DNA of 32,000 nt from Solitalea agri (lineage in GTDB: Bacteria > Bacteroidota > Bacteroidia > Sphingobacteriales > Sphingobacteriaceae): NCBI RefSeq assembly GCF_023914155.1, contig NZ_JAMWYS010000053.1:117339-149338 (forward strand), given 5' to 3'. The notes below the pieces were generated by a model. It had not been told where the DNA came from. It worked only from the letters and a program-made list of their open reading frames with translations, and did no database searches. Below are positions 24,853 to 32,000 of the stretch, piece after piece. Within the stretch, counting starts at the first letter, position 1. Every line of letters begins with the position of its first letter. The translations under genes were made by a program, and so were the position numbers.

Positions 24853-27189
24853 ATGAATAAAAACTATAAAAAAGCCGGATTTACGGCACTTCTGGCATCA
24901 TCAGTAATGCTGAATGCATACGGCCAGAGTGAACAGAAATTAACTTCTGATCCAAATTTTAAGGGAAAAGTAGGTCGGACTACAGCCGAATCGGTAGAGT
25001 ATCACCCGGAAAGAAAACAGGCGCCTGCCGGAGCTCCTAATGTGGTTGTTTTCTTAATTGACGATGCCGGATATGGAACAGCAAGTGCTTTCGGTGGTTT
25101 AATGCAAACACCAGTGCTGGATAGTTTGGCTAATAATGGTTTACGTTACACAAACTTCCATTCTACGGGCGTATGCTCGCCTACAAGGGCGGCATTGCTA
25201 ACCGGCCGTAACCATCACTCGGTTCATATGGGTACATTAAATTACAGCTCCAGCGGATACCCTGGCTATGATGCGATAATGCCGGGCGATAAAGCTACCA
25301 TTGCCGAAGTGCTTCACGAGAACAACTATAACACTTTTGCGGTGGGCAAATATCACGTAGCTCCGCTAAATGAGATCACTTCCAATGGTCCTTTCGACCG
25401 TTGGGCAGTTGGTCGTGGTTTTGATCATTTTTATGGTTTTCAGTTAGGGCATACCGATCAGTATCACCCGAATTTGTACGAGGATACCAAAGTGGTGGAT
25501 GTTGAGCCTAACAAAACGCACCTTACCACCTTGCTGGCCAATAAAGCGATCAGCTATATTGCCAATCAAAAGTCTATCTCACCTGAAAAACCGTTCTTCC
25601 TGTATTTTGCCACAGGAGCCATACACTCACCACATCAGGTTGATAAAAAATGGAGCGACTTGTATAAAGGAAAATTTGATAAAGGTTGGGATTGGTACCG
25701 TGAAGAAGTTTTCGCGCGCCAGAAAAGGTTAGGTGTTATTCCGAAGGATGCCGTTTTACCGGAACGTGATCCTACAGTAAAAGCCTGGGATAGCCTAACT
25801 CCTGAACAAAAGAAAGTGTATGCACGCTTTATGGAAGTTTATGCCGGTTTCTTAACACATGCTGATTATGAATTCGGGCGTATTGTTAACTATATTAAAG
25901 AAATTGGTCAGGCTGATAATACCATAATTTTAGTGAGTATTGGTGATAACGGTTCGAGTCATAGTCCGCGTAATGGAAGCTTTAATGGTTACATCTCTAG
26001 CCTTGATGAAGAAAAACAGATAGCCGAGCTTTATAAAAATATTGACAAAATAGGCACCGAACATTCTTTCCAGGATGCACCAGCCGGTTGGACCCAGGCA
26101 ACGAATACTCCTTTCCGTTTATGGAAAGCAGATCCAAACAGCGAAGGAGGAACGCATCAACCACTTATTGTTTATTATCCGAATGGTGGATTGGAAAAAG
26201 GTGGAATTCGCAACCAGTACGGCCATGTTATTGATATTGCTCCAACCATTTATGAGCTTACCGGAGCGAAAGTTCCGGAGGTTATTAAAGGATATCAGCA
26301 AAAACCAATTGAAGGTACCAGTTTAGCTTATTCACTAAAAGACAAGAACGCGGCCAATCGCCATACGATTCAATACTATGAGCTTTTTGGAAAAAGGGCC
26401 ATTGTGAAAGACGGCTGGAAGGCATCCGTTTTCCACCAGTCGGGTGCTGATTTTAATAAAGATGTATGGGAATTATACAATTTGAATGAAGATTTCAACG
26501 AGCGTATTGACCTTGCTGCCAAACAACCTGAAAAGTTAAAAGAGCTGCAGAAACTGTTTGATGAAGAAGCCATTAAGTACAATGTGTTTCCATTGAATGA
26601 TAATGCACTGGGCCATAGTGCGGGAGGAAGGGAACGCAGTCCATATGGATTGAGCAAAAAGGTAGTTTTATATCCGGGAATCGACCAGATTTTAACCTAT
26701 AGTGGTCCACAGTTTCAGAATGATCCGTTTACGATTACTGCTGATGTTGAGATCAAATCGAATAGCGATCAGGGAGTTCTTTTTGCCACCGGATCAGAGT
26801 TTGATGGTTTAAGCTTGTTTATAAAAGACGGTAAATTTTACTCGGCTCATAACACAGGTACTATTATCAGACATCTCGAATCTTCTATTCCGGTGCCAAC
26901 AGGTAAGGTAAAACTTAAGTTCGAGCTTAATTACGTTGAACCGAGCAATAAAAAAGATAGAAATGCCAGTGCAGGTACCGAAGCGATCTACATCAACGGT
27001 CAGAAAGTTGCGGAGCGAACTATAGTGGCAGCCGAAGGTAAGATCGCGATCTATAAAGATGGTATTGACGTTGGCGCCGACCGTAATTCTCCGGTTTCAG
27101 ATAAATACAGTGTTCCGTTTAAGTTTACCGGTAAGCTGAATAATATTACTATTGAGTATGAAAACGGTGAGGCTTTAGGGCATAATTAA
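24853..27189 (+). CDS. formylglycine-dependent arylsulfatase (S1 family), long form with a C-terminal beta-sandwich (LamG/ConA-like) domain
   Basis: It has a signal peptide, the block PNVVVFLIDDAGYGTASAFGG, the sulfatase signature CSPTRAALLTGRNHH (C-x-P-x-R), and GDNGSS. The ~200-aa C-terminal extension is shared with the ORF at 29477. Confidence 0.9.
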   Translation: MNKNYKKAGFTALLASSVMLNAYGQSEQKLTSDPNFKGKVGRTTAESVEYHPERKQAPAGAPNVVVFLIDDAGYGTASAFGGLMQTPVLDSLANNGLRYTNFHSTGVCSPTRAALLTGRNHHSVHMGTLNYSSSGYPGYDAIMPGDKATIAEVLHENNYNTFAVGKYHVAPLNEITSNGPFDRWAVGRGFDHFYGFQLGHTDQYHPNLYEDTKVVDVEPNKTHLTTLLANKAISYIANQKSISPEKPFFLYFATGAIHSPHQVDKKWSDLYKGKFDKGWDWYREEVFARQKRLGVIPKDAVLPERDPTVKAWDSLTPEQKKVYARFMEVYAGFLTHADYEFGRIVNYIKEIGQADNTIILVSIGDNGSSHSPRNGSFNGYISSLDEEKQIAELYKNIDKIGTEHSFQDAPAGWTQATNTPFRLWKADPNSEGGTHQPLIVYYPNGGLEKGGIRNQYGHVIDIAPTIYELTGAKVPEVIKGYQQKPIEGTSLAYSLKDKNAANRHTIQYYELFGKRAIVKDGWKASVFHQSGADFNKDVWELYNLNEDFNERIDLAAKQPEKLKELQKLFDEEAIKYNVFPLNDNALGHSAGGRERSPYGLSKKVVLYPGIDQILTYSGPQFQNDPFTITADVEIKSNSDQGVLFATGSEFDGLSLFIKDGKFYSAHNTGTIIRHLESSIPVPTGKVKLKFELNYVEPSNKKDRNASAGTEAIYINGQKVAERTIVAAEGKIAIYKDGIDVGADRNSPVSDKYSVPFKFTGKLNNITIEYENGEALGHN

Positions 27190-27213
27190 ATTGTTGGTAG
27201 TATGAAGAAGAAG

Positions 27214-27251
27214 AAAGGTGACCAGAACTTTTAAGGCTGGTCACCTTTTTT
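27214..27251. terminator. bidirectional terminator between convergent genes
   Basis: aaaggtgaccag (27214-27225) pairs with ctggtcaccttt (27237-27248) around an 11-nt loop. There is a T-run on the plus strand and a T-rich tail (tttcttctt) on the minus strand. Confidence 0.75.
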
Positions 27252-27373
27252 ATTTTGTTAGAGGAATGATTTTTCGTCTCTGTGATTAATCATTATTATT
27301 TGACAAAGCCTTCCATACTATGATTTCACAATGATTATTAATATTATCACCTTCTCCCTTGTTCACATTGTTT

Positions 27374-28390
27374 TTATTTCATCCTTTTCGTTTGACCACT
27401 ATTCCCAATACCTCCATAATAAACACTGAACGCGTCTGTCTTACCATCCTTCACTAAAAAATATAAACTTTTGAAAGGTTTGTTTCTATCTGGAATAAAT
27501 TCACTCTTACCCTGGTAGAGCAATCGTGTGCTGTCTGCTTTACCATTTTCGATCCATCGCTCCCACAGTTGGTGCCCTCGCTTATAAATTTCACTTTCTC
27601 CATTGTCCCCCCATTTACCTGGATAACGGTCGATTTCACTTTCCGGAATCGGTAAATCCTTTACGATTACGGTCGGTGCAGTGGTTAACGGCAACGTTAA
27701 AAACCACTTTCCGAAAGCTGGGTCTATAACGGGAATTTTTGTGATAACAGCCATGCTGCTGACAAAAATGATGTGCATACCGAGATAAAGAGGAAATACC
27801 CACCTGCCCACTTTTTGTTTTCTTTCAATAATCATGAGCGCAATCAGTAGAAGATAAATCATTACCCAACTCACATAGAAAACAGTAGGTGCCTGCATGT
27901 TGAAAATGTTGAACATAATACGATCAGAAGCAGGTTGTATCATCGTAATTCCGGTACAGACCATTGCCCTGGCGTGGATATTAATGCTAGACTTATTCCA
28001 TATGGCAATAAGGTAAAAGGTTGACATTGTGATTACACCATTCATCGTCCCAATAAAAGTCAGTTCGTTTTCAGGAAATAAATTTCCCTCGTAGTGCATG
28101 ATCTGCAATATGGAAAGGAGAAGTAACGGCATAACAACGAAAGAAACTTTACCGATAATTCTGTGGGCTGCGAATTGCTTTTTTCTAATGAGTAGCGGCT
28201 GCACAAGCAACATGGCTATCCAGAGTGACATCATCATGCCATGAAAATGAAAAATCGAAGCATGTCTACTCGTGCCTGCTATTAATTCAGAAAAATAACT
28301 CTTCCAAAACCCCAATAAAACAATTGGTATGAGTCCGAGAATATAATAGCCAAATTTATCGAAATTGATTTTTGATGAAGTAGAGGTCAT
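27374..28390 (-). CDS. polytopic membrane protein (about 6-7 TM, conserved His/Arg in the helices) fused to a ~110-aa C-terminal soluble domain; family not recognised with confidence
   Basis: 338-aa ORF. The hydrophobic helices carry SIFHFHGMMMSLWIAMLLVQPLLIRKKQFAAHRIIGK and NIHARAMVCTGITMIQPASDRI. The hydrophilic tail is PESEIDRYPGKWGDNGESEIYKRGHQLWERWIENGK...FLVKDGKTDAFSVYYGG. Confidence 0.7.
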   Translation of the reverse strand: MTSTSSKINFDKFGYYILGLIPIVLLGFWKSYFSELIAGTSRHASIFHFHGMMMSLWIAMLLVQPLLIRKKQFAAHRIIGKVSFVVMPLLLLSILQIMHYEGNLFPENELTFIGTMNGVITMSTFYLIAIWNKSSINIHARAMVCTGITMIQPASDRIMFNIFNMQAPTVFYVSWVMIYLLLIALMIIERKQKVGRWVFPLYLGMHIIFVSSMAVITKIPVIDPAFGKWFLTLPLTTAPTVIVKDLPIPESEIDRYPGKWGDNGESEIYKRGHQLWERWIENGKADSTRLLYQGKSEFIPDRNKPFKSLYFLVKDGKTDAFSVYYGGIGNSGQTKRMK

Positions 28391-28517
28391 GATTTTAGTA
28401 TTTGACAGATAGATATGAAATCAATTAGATAGAACTTTTTGTGAGTTTTTTCGACCTGTACGCTACCGTCTTATCGCTTGCTCACAACAATTAAAACGCT
28501 TCAAGTTGCTAATAAAA

Positions 28518-28694
28518 TTATTTAGCTTGCCAGTAGCAACGTTTTGGAGAAACAATTGCTTCTTCTTGTTTTAACTGTTTCATTGCCTTATCAACAACTT
28601 TGCGGTCCAAACCTGTTATTTCTACAATTTTTCCAGCATTTAAAGGAGAACCATCCTTTTTCATAGCTTCTAAAACTTGTTCTTTTGCCTCCAT
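28518..28694 (-). CDS. small (58 aa) winged-helix / MarR-like DNA-binding protein; missing from the ORF track (under 60 aa)
   Basis: I translated the reverse strand codon by codon to [58 protein letters not shown], followed by TAA. The helix-turn-helix pattern ([25 protein letters not shown]) and the C-terminal SPKRCYW wing match a small wHTH protein family I recall from many bacteria and archaea. It lies 127 nt upstream of the membrane-protein gene on the same strand. Confidence 0.6.
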   Translation of the reverse strand: MEAKEQVLEAMKKDGSPLNAGKIVEITGLDRKVVDKAMKQLKQEEAIVSPKRCYWQAK

Positions 28695-29476
28695 AACTGT
28701 CGATGATTATTGTATTCGTTTTGTTGAATTTGAAATTTGTTTTCTCATTGAAAAAATCACACATATTGAGACCATGAATCTGGGTATTAATTCAGACGGA
28801 AAACCAGCTAAGTTCATAGCGGATTAAATGCCTTTTTACTTTTTAGGTAACTGCAACCGGAGAGGTCTGTTGTAGAGCCGATGAGAGAGCGCAATTAAAA
28901 AAACAGTAATGAGGTTTGTAGGAGTTAAGTTCCTTATTCTCGTTGAACGAATGGTATCTTTCTTACCATAGTTTATGATAGTTTATTTAGTAGAATTTAA
29001 TCGAACTATTTCCATTGTCAGCATTATTAAATTAATTAATAATCAGGCAACTACAAAAAGAACAAGCTGCTTTTTCTTTCCAAAAAGTAAAAACCAAATG
29101 TCTTCTAACAATGGTTAATTAAAGTTCATTACAGTCATTTCTCGAAGCTAAAAGCAAAGAATGGGAACTATTGATTAATGGGGTTAAGCAAATTAAGTTA
29201 TACTACGAACCGGAGTCAAAAAAAACTTACCTTCAAAAGATGGTTTGGGTAGAATGGCTAATTATCCCTGTAGAATAAAAACACCTCTATCGATGATTAA
29301 TTTGTAATTGTAAGCATATGGAAATCAATAAATTCTTGTTTTTTTATAAATTTAAGTATAGCCTCAATACTACAGCTAAAGACTTTGATGGGAGTACACA
29401 GGTATCTGCCGATTCTTTAAAAGCTGAAGATTCATGAATAAGAATAACCTCTTTAAACTTACTAACAAATAAATAT

Positions 29477-31894
29477 ATGAAGCTCTCTCTAACCGCAACA
29501 ATCAAGAAATGCATTCTGCTTTTGGTCTTATACCTGTGTTTTGGTATATCACAAAAAGCATTTGCTCAAGTAGATCCTTCACAAAAGAATTGGCCCGACA
29601 GAACGGTTTTACCTATTGAACCTTATCAAAAAGTAGGTAAAGTTGCACCTACAATTAAGGGTTCTGATCCTATTGACTGGCCCAAAGAAATTAGTGCACC
29701 CGAGGGAGCTCCAAACGTATTATTAATCATGATTGATGACGTTGGATTTGGGGCAACTTCTACTTTTGGCGGTCCGATCCCCACACCAAATTTTGATGCA
29801 CTTGCGGCAAATGGATTAAAGTATAACCGTTTTCATACCACGGCCGTTTGCTCTCCTTCAAGAGCAGCGCTTATCACAGGTAGAAACCATCATACTGCAG
29901 CCACCGGGATCATTATGGAATTCTCAACACCTTTTCCAGGATACAACAGTTTAGTGCCGCGTAGTGTGGCGACTATCGGTAAAATCTTAACCGATAATGG
30001 TTACGGTACTGCTTGGTTTGGTAAAAATCATAATGTTCCCGACTGGCAGTCAACACCAGCAGGGCCTTTTAACTTATGGCCTACCGGTTTAGGTTTCGAA
30101 TATTTTTATGGCTTCCTTGGGGCTGACGCACATCAGTTCAGACCTGCTTTATTTGAAGGAACAAAGCCTGTTGACCCCTATTTTAAAGATGGTAAAGTAG
30201 ATCCGGATTATATTTTAGATAAGGATTTGGCTGATCATGCTATACATTGGATACAAACGCAAAAAAACGTTTCGCCTAATAAACCTTTCTTCGCTTATTA
30301 TACACCAGGAACGGCACATGCTCCACATCAGGCACCTAAAGAGTGGATTGCAAAATTTAAAGGAAAATTTGACCAGGGGTTCGACAAACAACGGATAGCA
30401 ACCTACGAGAATCAAAAGAAATTAGGAATTATTCCTGCGGATGCAAAATTAGCACCAACACCTGCCGATTATCAAAAATGGGATAAACTCAGCCCTGGTA
30501 TGAAAAAGGTAGCGGCAAGAGAAATGGAAGTTTATGCAGGAATGCTGGCTTATTGTGATTATCAAATTGGAAGAATTATCCAGTCAATTAAAGACTTAGG
30601 ACAGTATGACAATACACTGGTCATTTTTATAATGGGTGATAACGGTTCCAGTGCGGAAGATCCAACTGGTCAGGGATTGACAAGTGAAATAGGTATTATG
30701 GTAAATGGAGAAGTGGATACGGAAGAGTTTATGCTGAAAAACTTAGACGAATTTGGCGGACCCTGGATGGCTGAACATTATTCACATAGCTGGGCACATG
30801 CTATGAATACGCCTTACCAATGGGACAAAAAAATTGCTTCGCATTTAGGTGGCAGTCGCACCGGAATGGTTATTTCATGGCCAGCAAGAATTAAACAAGT
30901 GGATCAGATTCGTAGTCAATTCACACACATTACTGATATTGTTCCAACCATTCTTGAAGCGGCAAGTATCCCGCAACCCACAAAAGTAGACGGTTTTGAT
31001 CAGACACCTATGGCAGGAAAAAGCCTTGTGTATTCTTTTGACAATGCAAATGCTCCTGAAACACATAAAACTCAGTATTTTGAAGTGATCGCCAACAGGG
31101 CTTTCTACAAAGACGGCTGGATGGCAAGTACAACACCTAGAAATTTACCTTGGCAAGGTCATCCTGTACCATCAGAAGACCCTGTAAAGGACTATAAATG
31201 GGAGTTATATGACCTTACAAAAGATTTTACACAATCAAATGATATTGCGGCAAAAAATCCTGAAAAGCTGAAAGAAATGCAGGCAGCTTTTATGGAAGAA
31301 GCTGAAAAATATAAAGTATTCCCTTTTGATGATCGTTATATTGATAGGGTAAACCCGGAAAATCGCCCTAATCTAAATAAAGGCAGAACCCAATTTGTAT
31401 TCCATGAAGGTACTTCACGTATTACTGAAGGAATGGCTCCAAATATGAAAAATACCTCTTTCAGTATTACGGCCGAAGTGGATGTTAAAGCTGGACAAGA
31501 AGGTATGATTATTACACAAGGAGGATATTTTGCAGGGTTAGCATTGATGTTGCAAAAAGGGAAACCAACTTTCTCATATGCATTTTCTCATTATCCGAAT
31601 CACAAATGGACCATCCAGTCTCCAACTGCATTAACTGCCGGCAAACATACTATTGTTTTAAATTTTGATTATTCAGGTGGGGGAGTTGGAAAACCAGCAA
31701 AAGCTACAATATTGGTTGATGGTCAGAAAGTGGCGGAAGGAAATATAGAAAAAACAGTTCCAAGTAGATTCTCAGCGGACGAAACTTTAGATGTAGGAGA
31801 AGATTTTGGAACACCAGTAACCAGAGACTATGAAGTACCTTTTACATTTCAGGGTGAAATAATTAAAGTAACTGTCGATTTAAAAAGTAACTAA
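29477..31894 (+). CDS. formylglycine-dependent arylsulfatase (S1 family), long form; paralog of 24853..27189
   Basis: Signal peptide MKLSLTATIKKCILLLVLYLCFGISQKAFAQ. Motifs PNVLLIMIDDVGFGATSTFGG, CSPSRAALITGRNHH and GDNGSS. The C-terminal beta-sandwich-like domain is collinear with the first sulfatase. Confidence 0.9.
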   Translation: MKLSLTATIKKCILLLVLYLCFGISQKAFAQVDPSQKNWPDRTVLPIEPYQKVGKVAPTIKGSDPIDWPKEISAPEGAPNVLLIMIDDVGFGATSTFGGPIPTPNFDALAANGLKYNRFHTTAVCSPSRAALITGRNHHTAATGIIMEFSTPFPGYNSLVPRSVATIGKILTDNGYGTAWFGKNHNVPDWQSTPAGPFNLWPTGLGFEYFYGFLGADAHQFRPALFEGTKPVDPYFKDGKVDPDYILDKDLADHAIHWIQTQKNVSPNKPFFAYYTPGTAHAPHQAPKEWIAKFKGKFDQGFDKQRIATYENQKKLGIIPADAKLAPTPADYQKWDKLSPGMKKVAAREMEVYAGMLAYCDYQIGRIIQSIKDLGQYDNTLVIFIMGDNGSSAEDPTGQGLTSEIGIMVNGEVDTEEFMLKNLDEFGGPWMAEHYSHSWAHAMNTPYQWDKKIASHLGGSRTGMVISWPARIKQVDQIRSQFTHITDIVPTILEAASIPQPTKVDGFDQTPMAGKSLVYSFDNANAPETHKTQYFEVIANRAFYKDGWMASTTPRNLPWQGHPVPSEDPVKDYKWELYDLTKDFTQSNDIAAKNPEKLKEMQAAFMEEAEKYKVFPFDDRYIDRVNPENRPNLNKGRTQFVFHEGTSRITEGMAPNMKNTSFSITAEVDVKAGQEGMIITQGGYFAGLALMLQKGKPTFSYAFSHYPNHKWTIQSPTALTAGKHTIVLNFDYSGGGVGKPAKATILVDGQKVAEGNIEKTVPSRFSADETLDVGEDFGTPVTRDYEVPFTFQGEIIKVTVDLKSN

Positions 31895-31904
31895 TAACAT
31901 TAAT

Positions 31905-31940
31905 AACAACGCCCTTTAAAAGTAAAGGGCGTTGTTTATT
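31905..31940 (+). terminator. rho-independent terminator (14-bp stem)
   Basis: aacaacgcccttta (31905-31918) pairs with taaagggcgttgtt (31923-31936) around the loop aaag, followed by tatt. Confidence 0.8.
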
Positions 31941-32000
31941 ATACGATTGGATTTGCTTTTTGGCTTCGGTGATCAATTGAGCTTCCTCGAATCCTTTGGT

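Noticed and set aside
20661-26657. Track ORFs overlapping the SusC, SusD and first-sulfatase CDSs in other frames or antisense (e.g. 20661..20951, 21222..21659, 22716..22952, 23381..23626, 25499..25732, 26075..26326, 26376..26657)
   Set aside because: They are embedded in strongly supported CDSs, and their products lack any recognisable domain. The higher GC of this region lengthens random ORFs.
28600-28827. 75-aa plus-strand ORF from the track
   Set aside because: Its sequence is implausible, and it overlaps, antisense, a much more protein-like 58-codon wHTH ORF (28518-28694).
29207-29218. cgaaccggagtc resembles the reverse complement of part of the tRNA-Leu T-arm; considered as a distal att repeat of a tRNA-integrated island
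   Set aside because: Only about 8 nt (ccggagtc) truly match, in the wrong orientation, and the match does not include the tRNA 3' end. It is consistent with chance.
31937-32000. Possible 3' end of a minus-strand gene at the window edge
   Set aside because: With only about 60 nt available, two frames stay open and neither can be assigned. One frame would read through the terminator hairpin. The evidence is insufficient.

Overview
The window looks like a chromosomal segment from an AT-rich Bacteroidota genome, probably Sphingobacteriia-like. Supporting this are a SusC/SusD pair, a DUF4199-type protein, a GxxExxY protein, a BatA-like protein and TAnnTTTG-type -7 boxes. Positions 1-18 kb are mostly housekeeping. 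They hold hisD/hisG on the minus strand behind a His-rich leader peptide that is missing from the ORF track, then a plus-strand run: YcbB-like L,D-transpeptidase, BatA/vWA protein, a dihydroorotase-like protein with degenerate catalytic motifs, an acidic unknown, a DUF4199-like protein, GT2, GT4, a secreted thioredoxin-like protein, a GH3-family enzyme, a GxxExxY protein, dxr, rseP, an hscB-like gene and tRNA-Leu(CAA). Positions 18-32 kb look accessory. They hold an AT-rich stretch with a DUF695-like gene, a SusC/SusD pair with two paralogous long arylsulfatases and no glycoside hydrolase or regulator, a polytopic membrane protein, an unannotated 58-aa winged-helix ORF, and about 0.65 kb of apparently decayed non-coding DNA. 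I found no CRISPR array, transposase, integrase or recognisable defence or toxin system, and nothing I can call a new system with confidence. The best leads are: (i) the His leader/attenuator; (ii) the GxxExxY gene flanked by phased CACAG inverted repeats, wedged between the GH3 gene and dxr; (iii) the sulfatase-only SusC/D locus with its embedded membrane-protein/wHTH pair; (iv) the pseudo-dihydroorotase; (v) a family of short-period palindromic intergenic repeats. All family calls rest on motifs read by eye, and no searches were run.
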